Positions 1 to 12,487 of a stretch of 64,000 nt of DNA are shown here, piece after piece. The notes under the pieces were generated by a model. That model saw only the letters and a list, made by a program, of their open reading frames with translations, was not told the DNA's origin and searched no databases. The translations under genes were made by a program, and so were the position numbers. Each line of letters begins with the position of its first letter. Position 1 is the stretch's first letter. Origin of the DNA: the human T2T-CHM13v2.0 reference genome, Homo sapiens; assembly GCF_009914755.1 (NCBI RefSeq), contig NC_060940.1; one strand, written 5' to 3'.

Positions 1-2158
1 GCCTTCAGGATAATTTCCTCAAATTTATCTTACAGTTGTTAATTCTCTCTTCACTGGCCATATTTTTCATTTTTTAGATATTCTTCTTTTTTTTGCTTAT
101 TCATTTTGCTTAAAAATAGCCTGTATTTTAATATTTATATTATGTGCTCAATTATCAGAAGTTAATAGAGGATAATACTGGTATATATTGGTTCTACTGA
201 TTCTTGTTCATACTGGCTGTTTCCTTGCATATTTTATAACTTTCAGAAAGTGAGCCCATGCTAAGCAGTGGATTTTCTGAGGGAATACAGCGTAGCCTGG
301 GTTGAGAACACACCCTTTTAAAATGGCTTTTGTCTTAAGTTTCTGTAAGGCACCTTAGGAGTATTAACATTCAGTAACTATACGTTGGTTGATTTCCCAG
401 TGTATAGAACTAGTCAGGAGTATAAATTTAAACCTCAAACCTAAAAAGGGTATGCCTATGATTATGATCAGAAATTCATGGGGAAGCTTTTAAAATTTTC
501 CCCACTTAGACACTGGGCCCAGGTTGAGAAAAAAATCTTCCTTGTGGTCTGTCTCTGCTGAAAAGCAGATGTTTTGTTTCTGTTTTTAATATCCTGTTAT
601 TTGATAATGCTCCTAGGGTTCCTGCTTAATACTGGTGTTTCATTTCTAACTCTGTTCACCATGTAGGCCCCAGATCTTGTCTCCAAATCTTGACTGGCTA
701 TTAAATCTATATCCTTGGGCCAAGACATCCCACCATCCCATTCTCATGGTAGTCCATGTCACTACTCATGCTTCCCACTCTGTTTTTTAAACCCTATATA
801 TTTTCAGGTCTTAAGATTTTTCCTTACTTTCTTGTAAGCACAGCTATACAACCAAAACGATATTTGTTGCATATTATAGTATTTCTAAATATGTAGTAGT
901 ATGAGAGTTTTCAAGTTAATACTAAGTTGCCTGTCTAGGAATTCTCTATTAAATCTTTTTATTTGTCACATAGCCCATGGCACAGCATCTGCTAGGCAGC
1001 AGTGTATCATAAATGTGATGAGTGACTGGTTGAATGAATGAATTACCATTCTTTATCAGCATTCATTTCCTTCATTAATTATTTTTCTCCAACTCTGATT
1101 TCCCAAATTCCTCATAAATTTGTGAATGACATATTTTATGGACTTCATTTAGACTAACATAATTTTCTCACATTAACTATTATACCAGTCATGGTAATAA
1201 TCCTGCATTCAGTTTGTTCCCTTCTATTTGCCCTACGTGGACCTGTTGGTCCTCTTTTTACCATGAAACTCTTGCTATGTCATTTTATTGCCAAGAGGTT
1301 TGCAAAAATCTTATTTTGGTCATTTTTATCGTCTTAAACTCTTTTCTTCTTTCAATAGTTATATTCAACTGCATTTTCCACTAAATAAGGCACTGGCAAA
1401 TGTGGGTAGCACATAAGATGATTCTTAATTATTGACTGCTGTTATATTCTGCTTTATTCTTATAACTTATTAATTTGAGGAAGATTTACATAAAAATTTG
1501 TTTTAGTTTCCAGAAGGAAATATTAGAATATTAATAAATATTATACATATAAAAATATATCTAAATAATAAAATAGAAATTGCTCCATATATACTTCTTT
1601 CATCATATTTCTACCATCTTCACAGGCATTAGAAATATACCATATATTTACTAAAATATATACATGCCATCTAATTATGCAATAATTTCTTTCATATTTA
1701 TATATGTATAAAACAAAATTCACAGGTATCTTCTCTCCTTTACACCTCAACACTATTGTATGTCTTCAGTAAAATTTCTGTAAACCTGAGTATGATGTCA
1801 AGAACTCAATGGACATTTAATAAATATTCATTTGTGACAATCATGATAACCTCACACAGGGCTTTGAAAGTGATTTTCAGAAATCATCAGCTATTCTTTC
1901 ACATAGATTAAAAAACCTTCCCCCAGAAGAGATGATTGCCTTTCAATCATAGAAGAAAAAAATACAGCAAAAACAAGTGAGATAGTGTCTTTTTATTTTT
2001 AAGCTAAAGATCCAGTGTATTATAGCATTATGTACCATGAAGATTTCAGATAAAACTATGTAAACTCAAGTTAGTGACATACAATTGTATCGGGTTTAAA
2101 ATTTTTCCATATACTGTGGTATGCACTAATAAATTCCGACCTGTGGTTTTAAATACAG

Positions 2159-2242
2159 TAGCATCTAAGCACTGATACAGACCTGCAATTATGTCAATGG
2201 ACATTCTATGAACATTAGTAGTGAAGATACAAATCCACTGCA
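2159..2242 (+). pseudogene. Pseudo-exon (SI*ALIQTCNYVNGHSMNISSEDTNPL)
   Basis: Branch-like cactaat, acceptor ggttttaaatacag, donor CA|gtaagc; phase 2->2. May begin further upstream (2050). Confidence 0.45.
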
Positions 2243-2310
2243 GTAAGCTGATTAGCAATGCTAATGTGCACACTACACAGTCATATAATTAAAAAGAGTT
2301 TTACTCACAG

Positions 2311-2367
2311 TGATGTCGAGGTTATGGGGTTAGGACAGTTTCCACTTCAAAAGATGGAAGAATCCAG
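2311..2367 (+). pseudogene. Pseudo-exon (DVEVMGLGQFPLQKMEES)
   Basis: Acceptor gttttactcacag, donor AG|gttact; open, phase 2->2. Resembles the C2 'D..hG...hPL' motif. Confidence 0.5.
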
Positions 2368-2804
2368 GTTACTATGATAGCAAAAAGTAAATCACCTAAT
2401 TTAAGCTGTTGAAAATATCATGGTTTATTTTTAAAAAAGAAACTTCTACCCTACCTTTGAACATTATGGTAAATTATGAATTAATTCTTTCCCAGCTAAA
2501 AGAGATTTTAAAAAAGCAGAACCTCAATAGGCATGATAAAGAATCTCCACCATGTAACACTACATTAGTCCAACTAAGTTATCATGTCATTGTCCACTTA
2601 ACAGAGAATGGAGCTTAATTAGAGAAAAAAAATCATAAAAATGTTCACAGTTTCCCCCGAAATGGAAAGATGTACAGGGAGATGTGGGGGTGGAGAAAAA
2701 GAAGAGAGAAGGCAGTCAGTAACAAACACTTGGTTATAATGATGATAAGAATCCATTTCCTTTATGCAATTTTGTTGGTGTTCATTTTTTATATCCCTTC
2801 TCAG

Positions 2805-3226
2805 CTATAATGATCTACAAAGTATCCTTAGGTTTGGTGGTCTGTAATCAGCTAAGATAAACAGTTATCTTTGCTTTAAATGGAGAACAACCATTAGTCG
2901 ATCGCTTATATTTGCAGACAATTCCATTCTGAAAACTAAGGTGTAAATACTCTTAAATTTTAGAGACAAACTATTTTGTTTCTGACAAGATTTATCACAA
3001 TTGGAACATGTCACCCTCATCGTGACACTTAGTGGTGGGATAAAGTAGTGTTGTCTTTCTGCTTTAGAATAAGAAACTGGATCATTTCTTTTAAGTCTTG
3101 TGATTATATTTAAATCTTATATACATGCCCTGAAATGAAGAGGTGTTCTCATAAATCCTTGCATTATGCAGGAAAATGTCAACTGCAGCTTTAACTAACA
3201 TTCTGTGAGACAAAAGGAAGCCCAAA
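2805..3226 (+). pseudogene. Pseudo-exon (YNDLQSILRFGGL*SAKINSYLCFKWRTTISRSLIF...EHVTLIVTLSG/DKVVLSFCFRIRNW...HYAGKCQLQL*LTF)
   Basis: Acceptor ttttttatatcccttctcag; phase 2 start matches the previous exon; 5 stops and one inferred 1-nt deletion at ~3038. 3' boundary uncertain. Confidence 0.5.
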
Positions 3227-3721
3227 GTAGCTGCTCTTCATAAAGACTAGATGCTAATACACATGCGCATGCGTGCACTCACACACGCACACACGCTGTG
3301 CCTCCTTAGAGAGCTATTTCTATTTTCATAATATGGTTAAGTTAGGATTATCCAAGGAAAAAATTTCAAAGGATTTATCATTTAACACTTCAATGGAGTT
3401 ACTAATAGGAATTATATTGAAGTAGGTCATGCCAAATCCACTCTCAAATGACAAGAGATCACATATAAGTCTGCAAACATTTCAGACACAATAGCCACAA
3501 GACCCCCATAATTATTACCAGGGTATATGGCCTAGTATAATAAAGATCAAATAATTCAAACTTCAAGCCAGACTTATAATTACTATCTTACTAAGATCTC
3601 AGTTAATCACTCATAAAGTAAGTAGATGGTTCATACTATGAAGGTTAATACAATCGTATTAACAATGAAATAAATATTTGCCTTTCTCTCAGTCCATGAT
3701 ACATCCTATTATTTTAGCCAC

Positions 3722-3752
3722 AAACATACACACACATACACACACACACACA
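3722..3752. repeat. Imperfect (CA)n microsatellite
   Basis: Seen directly. Confidence 0.85.
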
Positions 3753-4034
3753 CCCTATGGCTAGAAAAATATGAATTCAAGCTGAAGACAGTAAACAAAA
3801 GGAATTTATCTTTCCTAAAAGGAACACAGAAATAATCTCCCAAATTGTAAATTCCGAGTTCATGGAACATATTTGTCCTACTCTTTGGAAAATGCTTTCT
3901 AACTCATTCACACAGAAGTCACTGCAAAGTGTTAATTAATACTAATGATGAAATCTGATGACCTGTACATACCTGTCCTAAGTTAATTTGTATGTGGGGT
4001 GGGAGGACTCATATAAGCCTCTACTATTCCACAA

Positions 4035-4078
4035 TGACGAAGAAGCATTATGAGGTTATACCTTAAAGAACAAAAAAG
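4035..4078 (+). pseudogene. Pseudo-exon (*RRSIMRLYLKEQK)
   Basis: Donor AG|gtgatg; acceptor appears decayed (ttccacaa); phase 2 end joins the micro-exon in frame. Confidence 0.45.
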
Positions 4079-4629
4079 GTGATGCTTTCTGTAAAATTGT
4101 CTGTTTATAAACTAAGCATAAAATGTCAAAAGGTTCTTGTGTCTGGTATTCTAAATTTAAAAAAAAGTTCTTAGTTTATGATTCTTAAAATATGGGAAAT
4201 GAACAAGTACTCACTGTCGTCTCTAGTCACCTATTCCTATTTTTGGCTGACAACATTTCTGGTTAGAGCTTTATTTGGAAGCTTTAACATATTTTAACTG
4301 TTACACATTACTCAGCTCAAACTATAGCCAAGATAACTTGCTTGTCAGTTTATTAACAGCAAATTATTCAAATATGTTCCATCGTTTGTGATTAAAGGGC
4401 CTGTGGTGAGAGGGGAGAGATGAAGGGAGGAACAAACAAAGATGGGGAGGGATTGTCACGGTTAATAATAAAACAGTATTTCTAAAAATTGTTTCCATTG
4501 TTGAATTAAATAATTTAAGTTTTAAGCTTAGCCCGAGACTCGCTTTTAAGAGTCTACATATTTTATCTGTGATGAATTACATTATTCTCACTCTTAGTCA
4601 GAGATGCAATATCGTCTTTATTTTAACAG

Positions 4630-4641
4630 ACTTCTGTGGAG
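4630..4641 (+). pseudogene. 12-nt micro-exon (R-LLW-R)
   Basis: tctttattttaacag|ACTTCTGTGGAG|gtatgt: strong acceptor and donor 12 nt apart, frame-preserving. Confidence 0.6.
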
Positions 4642-5000
4642 GTATGTGGTTTCCATAAAAAATGAGTAACGCGAATGTTGTCTTTTTTTAAAAGAGTTTC
4701 ATTTTATTCTACTACTGAGATAGTAAGCTCTATTATCCAAAAGCCAAAATGCAAGCTAACGTATCTAAATGAAATATTCAGGAAATCTCTTTATAGTTCT
4801 TTCAGCATTCTTCTAAATAAGATTGTTTCTTTCCTATGTTCCTAGTCTAAAAACTTTAACTCCGTTCTCTAGAATGAAGGAAAACTATTGAAATTCTTAC
4901 TTTCTCCTAAAATCCATGACTTGCCCATAATTGTGGGACCTGATGAATCCTCCTATTGACTGAAAATATATTTATATCTTCATTCAACAAACAATTCTCA

Positions 5001-5307
<307 letters not shown>

Positions 5308-5480
5308 AACAAACAATTCTCAGCAATGGAAAGGAAAAATCACAACTGGATACTTCTGTGCATTTAAAATCATAATGAAAAAGAATATCATAATATGATA
5401 TTTTCATGTAACAATTATATATGTATATATAATATATACACTGGATACTGAGGGATGACTGTATATATACACACACACAT

Positions 5481-5818
5481 ACAGTCATCCTTCAGTATCC
5501 CAGGGGGACTGGTTCCAGGACCCCCTGAAGATACCGAAATCCATGGATGCTCAAGTCCCTTATATAAAATAGTGTAGTATTTGCATATGATCTACACACA
5601 TCCTCTCATATACTTTAAATCATCTCTAGATTAGTGATAATACTTAACACAATGTAAATGCTATGTAAATGATTGTTATATTGTTTAGATTTTAATGACA
5701 TAAAAAAAGAGCTGTACATGTTTAATGCAGACACAACCATCCATTTTTTTCTGAATATTTTAAATCTGCAGTTGGTTGAATCCATGAATGTGGAACCCAT
5801 GATATGGAAGGACGACTG
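5481..5818 (+). mobile_element. MER2 (Tigger-family non-autonomous DNA transposon)
   Basis: TIRs cagtcatccttcagtatc / gatatggaaggacgactg, TA flanks. Confidence 0.85.
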
Positions 5819-6519
5819 TATATATCATATATATTTTTCATATATGATATTTTCATTATGTGAAACATCATGTATATGTATACATATGGAGCTATATCTA
5901 TATTGATATATTACTCCTTATCTTAATTTTATCTTCAACTTGCCTTATCTTGATTTTTACAATAATTATCATTTAAGCAGGGGAAGAAATACTATTTCCA
6001 TTTTATAGGTGAAATGAAAAAAGATTCAGAAAGTTAAGTGACTGATTCAAACTCTCAAACCTATCAAGTAGCATAGCCAAGATTTGAACTAGTCAGTCTT
6101 TTCAGTATGTTTCACTGTGATAAAATTATAAGCACTGTTAGAAATGTTCAGAAAATATTTAATCAATTTCCTTGATAACATATTTCAATAACAATTTTTA
6201 GTACTATCTGTACCAACTAATTTTTATAGTAAGTTACAGCTCTGTACCTGTAGGCAGAAAAAGTATAAACTTTAAAGGAAAAAAACACTGACCATTTACA
6301 TGGATTGCAATAGAAATCACTTTGCTAATGACAGGAAAGGTCTCATTCAACTAATGAGAATAATTAAACAGCATAAGAGCACTAAGACCAACTATATTTA
6401 ATAATTGGATTTCTGCCCTTAGCATTTTTTATGACATTAGAAAATATGTTGATTTCTCTGTCTGAATTAAGATACATAATGCTTGTTAAGGTCAAGAGAA
6501 AATAATACTTTTTATATAG

Positions 6520-6749
6520 GGCATTATGGGGTCGCCTTGAAGACATTCACATCATCCCTCCTTTTGTTCATGTGCACATCATTGCAGCGGCTGGCTGTTT
6601 TCTATCATACGATCTCCAAAACAGAGTTCTATTATTACTGCTTTTTCTAACATCTCTCTATTAGTATCTCACTCTCTACCTGGGCTTCCCTGTCATTATC
6701 TCCTACATTCTGAGAAGTCCCCATGTTATAAAGAAATTAAATAAAAGGT
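6520..6749 (+). pseudogene. Pseudo-exon (ALWGRLEDIHIIPPFVHVHIIAAAGCFLSYDL...LRSPHVIKKLNKR)
   Basis: Acceptor tttttatatag, consensus donor gtaagt; 230 nt, phase 2->1, one TAG at 6662; several CpGs retained. Confidence 0.6.
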
Positions 6750-7215
6750 GTAAGTATAGCTATAGCCCAAGCCAACACACCAAAACTCAGAGGCCAGATT
6801 GTCCCAAGGAAACCAACCTAAAAGTAATAATGCTAATAATATTTATTTGGATAATGTTTTAGAGATTCTTCCTATATGTTTAAAATTTATTAAAGGTAAT
6901 TTAGACCATTAGCCTTTAGAATACTGCATTAACACACAATATCTATTTTTATTATTTAATCCATTATACTATATTAAGAAACTGATTATATCCTTTTAAA
7001 AATAACTACCGTTAACTCGCAGATATCTACTAATGTGTGATCCTGTTTGTAGATTAATCAAGGCCCCTTGATTTTCATACCCCCCCCACCCACTTGAGCT
7101 CTGGACAAAAAAAGAAAGTGGCAAAATATTAAATCAAGAAAAGCTGTAGAAAGGCTTTTGGAAAAAGAGATAAATTCACATAGATAAAACAATCTAACAA
7201 AAATCTTCCTGATTA

Positions 7216-8008
7216 GGTGAGGGGCGCCTCTGCCCGGCCGCCCCTACTGGGAAGTGAGGAGCCCCTCTGCCTGGCCAGCCGCCCCGTCCGGGAGGATGGT
7301 GGGGGGGTCAGCCCCCCGCCCGGCCAGCCGCCCCATCTGGGAGGTGAGGGGCGCTTCTGCCGGGCCGCCCCTACTGGGAAGTGAGGAGCCCCTCTGCCCG
7401 GCCACGACCCCGTCTGGGAGGTGTGCCCAGCGGCTCATTGGGGATGGGCCATGATGACAATGGCGGTTTTGTGGAATAGAAAGGCGGGAAGGGTGGGGAA
7501 AAAATTGAGAAATCGGATGGTTGCCGGGTCTGTGTGGATAGAAGTAGACATGGGAGACTTTTCATTTTGTTCTGTACTAAGAAAAATTCTTCTGCCTTGG
7601 GATCCTGTTGATCTGTGACCTTATCCCCAACCCTGTGCTCTCTGAAACATGTGCTGTGTCCACTCAGGGTTAAATGGATTAAGGGAGGTGCAAGATGTGC
7701 TTTGTTAAACAGATGCTTGAAGGCAGCATGCTCGTTAAGAGTCATCACCACTCCCTAATCTTAAGTACCCAGGGACACAAACACTGCGGAAGGCCGCAGG
7801 GTCCTCTGCCTAGGAAAACCAGAGACCTTTGTTCACTTGTTTATCTGCTGACCTTCCCTCCACTATTGTCCTATGACCCTGCCAAATCCCCCTCTGCGAG
7901 AAACACCCAAGAATGATCAATAAAAAAAAAAAATTAAAAAAAAAAATAAATAAAAAAAAAAATAAAAATAAAAATCATATTTCATGACTGTGTTGGTATA
8001 AAAAAAAA
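7216..8008 (+). mobile_element. 5'-truncated SVA (VNTR end + SINE-R + polyA), young SVA_E-like, with short 3' transduction
   Basis: GC-rich VNTR units, SINE-R ending acacccaagaatgatcaataaa; perfect TSD aaaaatcttcctgatta at 7199-7215 and 8009-8025. Confidence 0.97.
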
Positions 8009-8289
8009 AAAAATCTTCCTGATTACAATACTTTTTTTGCCTGACTTTAGTACCTTCTCACTGAAGTATGAATGGTAAAGTAGAAGGGGTAGAAATACTG
8101 ACTACAGAGATACAGATAATAGGGGTCAAAAGAAATGTGTAATGTTATTTCCTAACACACAACCCTTCTTTCAAGATCACATTTTCATGCATTTATGTAT
8201 TAAAAAATAATTTGAATTTAAAAAACTGTTGGTATGTAATAAATAACTTTGTTGTTGACTTTCAGTATCTCTTTTAATTTATTCTATAG

Positions 8290-8348
8290 GGCTTCCCATG
8301 TCTGTGCATAAAATTCAGGGCAGATTTCATGTTTTTATTCATTTATAG
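8290..8348 (+). pseudogene. Pseudo-exon (WLPMSVHKIQGRFHVFIHL*)
   Basis: Acceptor ttttaatttattctatag; phase 1 start completes TGG with the previous exon; donor uncertain (gcaatc). Confidence 0.45.
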
Positions 8349-9292
8349 GCAATCAAAATACTCAGCAATTAATATGTTTAGTCTAGCCTAGTATTAAAAA
8401 AGTTGAAGTCCTGTTATAGGCACCTGCCATGAGAGAGGGTGGTTAGAATCTCACTTGCAGATCCTTTGATTTAATTGAGGCTCTTTCTCAGCTTACTGCT
8501 CCTGAGAAGATGGCAGTTCAGTTGACTTTTGGGATCACTGGAACCCTCCAGGCAGTCTATGGAGTTAAGACAACCTTGTATCATCTTTTTTGTGGATATG
8601 CCCTACCTCTGATCCATGGCATACACTTAAGCAACATTTGCCTAACAGTCACCTGTCACTCCACCTTCAAAGCAGCTGGCCAATCAATCTCATGCTCTTT
8701 AGATTTCTTAGGCATGTGTCAGCTAGCTGGTCTTAAATGGCAGGGGTCACTTAACTAAGTTCTACATCTCTTAAAGCCTTCCTCTCTTGGATTCAGATAA
8801 AAGGAGACCTTCCTTTCCTTCCCCTTGGAGGTGTGATGGGACACTTAGCACACTAACAATTCTCTCCAAACATCCTCCTTTCCTCAATTTCGAAACTCCC
8901 AATCCTTTTATATCCTTGACATGATTAAGTAGCTTAAGAATCACATAACTGTTTTTTTTCCCTTCTGCTCATGTAAGAACTGGAGGGTGTCTTCATATCT
9001 CACCTTGAAATCTTCTGTCTTAGGGCCATAGCTAAAACAAACAAGGAGAGTCCCATTTTAAAATTCTGTTACACATGGTTGCAAACTTGCACCATACTCA
9101 AGAGGTTAGGGGAAAGAATTGTTTTATTTTATTTTACCAAATAAAGAAGAGCAAATGCTAGCAAATAATTAGAAAATTTTTATTGCTGAAGATCACTAAA
9201 TGAACAGTACTTACTTACCAACATGTTTTCATTTGCCATCCATATGCTATCTTCATTAACAATAAAAATGCAAAATTATTGATGATTTTCAG

Positions 9293-9396
9293 GTACCAGG
9301 GATGAATGCTCAAATGCTAAGAAAACATTCATACTATTCTGCACCCAAAACTACTAACCTTATTTCCATAGAGGAATTTCTATATAGAATCCAGAG
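9293..9396 (+). pseudogene. Pseudo-exon (VPGMNAQMLRKHSYYSAPKTTNLISIEEFLYRIQ in the open frame)
   Basis: attttcag| ... AG|gtaaac; 104 nt, one frame fully open. Confidence 0.55.
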
Positions 9397-10300
9397 GTAA
9401 ACAAGAGCCCAGGGAGAGGGAATTGTCTGTCCTTTCGGCAACATTATCTTATTATAAGCTCTTAAGAAATAGTTAACCTCATAGACATCAAACAGAGATT
9501 TTATATCCAAGAAGATATTGGCTCCAGGAAAGTGTCAAATTGATTCTATGCAGAATGAAAATTGGGAGCTGATTTTAAGTCAACAGTTTTATAACATGGA
9601 GAAATGATGTTAAATGGATTCTAGTGGGTTTAAAAATTTTTCTCCAGAACTTTCAATAGTGCTTGATGAGAATCAAGCTTTGACTTCCATAGCACTTGGG
9701 TTTGAAATGCTTCTGGAACATCAGAAATCTTACTATTAATATTTCAGTATGACCCTTTTCCATTTTTGTGAACATCAGAAATACATTAGTTATATCACTA
9801 TGGAACATTTTCCTTACAATTTGCCATTTTAACAAGTCTTTTTCTTGGCCCTTTCAAATTTTACTTGCTCTTTTACCATTATCTGTTTTTAAGGTAGCTT
9901 TAATTGGCTTGAATTTTAAGTATTAGGGCAGGGTTTATATTACAAAAAAAGAATAATTTCTAGAAAAATTTAATAACTAATTAAAACACTTTATTACATT
10001 TCATCAAAATTGAGAATAATATAATTTAGAATGCAATCTATCCAGAAACTGATCTGTGAGCACTTGCTTGTGGTTACTGATTGTCCCATAGACTTAGAGA
10101 AAGAACTATATGAACTATACTTGGGTACACAGTGAACATGTTAAAACTAAGACGTAGCATTAATGTAAAATTCTTGGCAGAAGTCAAACCTTTAAACATC
10201 ATGTGAATATAGATTTTCATATCTAATTTTATGAAGGCTTTTTTTTTTCTTGCCAGTTCTATAGTCTAATATTACTTTCTTTCTGCATTCTCTTTCACAG

Positions 10301-10329
10301 GCTATGGCCTTTGGCAAAGACAATGACAG
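10301..10329 (+). pseudogene. Short pseudo-exon (LWPLAKTMT or AMAFGKDND)
   Basis: Branch gtctaat, long polypyrimidine tract, tttcacag acceptor; donor AG|gcaaat (GC or decayed). Confidence 0.5.
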
Positions 10330-11140
10330 GCAAATATTTATAAACCATAGATTAGTTATAAATTTGATCCAATCAAATGATCAGTAAGCACATTCTTATT
10401 GCCAGTTGTTATTACCTCTTTTGGAAAGGTATTGGCAACTTTCATTTTGTTAATTTCAAATCAGACAATTTCCCAGAACTAACTGAGGTTCCAGTGCCCA
10501 GCGGAAAGCTAAAATAACCTAAATTTGCTTCTTTTCCTTCTTCGCTCCTGTCTTGTGTGTGTATACTTATTTGTGTATGTGCACAAGTATAAAGAAATAA
10601 TTATTTTTGCAGCTTTTGGCCTGAATGCTTGTCACTCCATTTTACATAATTCAATTTACCCTCTTCCAAAAACAGATGTTTCAGTTGCAATCTTTGCCTC
10701 TTTAGAATCTCCATACAGGCAAGCTTAGCTAATAATTTTTGATTAATATAGCCAAATACCAACTCCTACTTCAAACCCCCTTTACTTGGAATACTATCAT
10801 CAGATTGGTTTACAGAGAGAAGGAAATAACAATGAGGTCAGGAGGAATGGAGATGGGGTAAAATAGCAATAAAAAGTAATTATATAAAAATGCTAAAGGT
10901 ATAACATCTGCTTTTTTGCTTAGCTCACTGAGCTTGACAGTTTCAGATTTATGCTATTGTCCATGTTTAAACAGATACAGAAAAGGGAAATGGGAAAGAA
11001 TGTTTATGTGAGACTATTAAATAGTGCAGGGAAAATACGAGTTGTTATTACACTGGTAAGGAAAAGAGAAACTCAGTGAAATTTCTTTCCAGAGATTTGC
11101 CTTTGTGATCTGCAAGGTGCTGTTCCCCTGCTTACATTCC

Positions 11141-11154
11141 GTTACCCTGGCAAC
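11141..11154. promoter_or_regulatory. RFX X-box motif in a CpG-retaining unique segment
   Basis: GTTACCCTGGCAAC is one mismatch from palindromic GTTRCCATGGYAAC. Confidence 0.55.
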
Positions 11155-12073
11155 GCACTCCTGTAAAATAAAGATTATTAAAGCGCATATGATTATTTTG
11201 CTGCTGAGTGAATAAGACAAGCCGCTTCTGAAATGCCTTATCAGAGAAATTCAATTTTAGGCCAAATTGTGTTTTTGCCTCCTTCTAGCTTTTTTCCTCC
11301 CTCCCCCCACTTCAAATAAAACCATCATCTTCACATTTACTACATGATATTTTGTTACCCATTCACACCCTTAGTATTTTAAGTCAGTTTTCTTTTAATT
11401 TCATGAAAGCATTTTCCCCAATTTTTTATAGCTCTAGTCTATTTTCCAGCTATCTACCATCTGTTTGCAAATCAAAATTACAAAGCAATGTGCTCTTGCT
11501 TTTATTTTATTATATAGTAATAGTAGAAATATTGGGTTCTGTACCAAACATAAATGTATGTATTACACATTGGCTACGCAATATTTGACCAAAGGATGAT
11601 GCAAAAGGCAAAGATAAGGAATGTGGTGCCATTTTAAAGTCTGCATATCCAACTGTATTGGTCATCCTCACCCTTAAGTTGAATGTCTTGTGCTTTTCCA
11701 TTTGACATTGCCCTAAGGTGATGTTATAGAGCTGGGAAGTTTTATAGCCACGTTGACAGCCAGTCACGCCTTTGTTGCTTGGTGCCTCTACATTTGGAGA
11801 AAAGATTCTTGAGAGCCCTAAAATTATTTAATACCAAACTTATAAAGTTTGGTATTTTATAAGTATTTTAATATTAGCCAATTTCTTGGAGATATAGTAA
11901 TGGCAACTTTGCTAAAACTATCTAGTGATTTCATTAGAAACTACAGCTTTTATCATAATTAGGGTCCGAGCAGAGGTCAACAAAAAATAAGTAAATTGGT
12001 AATAGTAAATGCATATTTACTGTTTCATGCTATCTGTGTGAAGAAGTTATCATTTAAAATCTTTTAATACAAG

Positions 12074-12323
12074 AAAGAGTTACATCCGCTTTGAAGTAGA
12101 GGTGGAGGGAATGAAGTTTGTTCAGAAAAAGGCAAGTTTCCAACAAAGGCCACATAGAAGACTCCTTACACATCTGTTAAAGCTAACACGAGACATGAAT
12201 AGATAAGAACAGCCCTGGAGAAACCTTCATCCTGTACTCTCCGACAGTGGATGGATGAGGTGGATGACATTGCTTCTACAGAGATTGTTTATGGGACATT
12301 TTTCCCACTGCTACAAAACACTG
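12074..12323 (+). pseudogene. Pseudo-exon with frameshift(s) (KSYIRFEVEVEGMKF... / ...TLRQWMDEVDDIASTEIVYGTFFPLLQNT)
   Basis: Acceptor cttttaatacaag; two protein-like open stretches in different frames; donor G|gcatat, phase 1, matches the next exon. Confidence 0.5.
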
Positions 12324-12428
12324 GCATATAACCTAATACTGCTGTGTCATGAAAAAAAAGCAGAAGTACAGTGTTGATAATCTAATAACATGAAAACATT
12401 AATATTTGCTCTGTTAACTTATTTTCAG

Positions 12429-12487
12429 GCCCAACCAAGCACCATACTCCTACGTTGATTAAGCATACAGGCCCATTGGCTTTTTAT
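12429..12487 (+). pseudogene. Pseudo-exon (GPTKHHTPTLIKHTGPLAFY)
   Basis: ttaacttattttcag| ... TAT|gtaact; open, phase 1->0. Confidence 0.55.

Noticed and set aside
1213-1405. Two further upstream exon-like segments (1213-1297, 1359-~1405)
   Set aside because: The implied intron is only 61 nt and no frame could be chosen; left out of the model, though possibly real.
2309-2405. Minus-strand exon-like segment with a gtgagt donor
   Set aside because: Stops in all frames and no partner exons on that strand; the + strand reading chains with its neighbours.
7216-7430. GC-rich tandem repeats resembling a CpG island or CRISPR-like array
   Set aside because: This is the SVA VNTR; there are no unique spacers and the context is eukaryotic.
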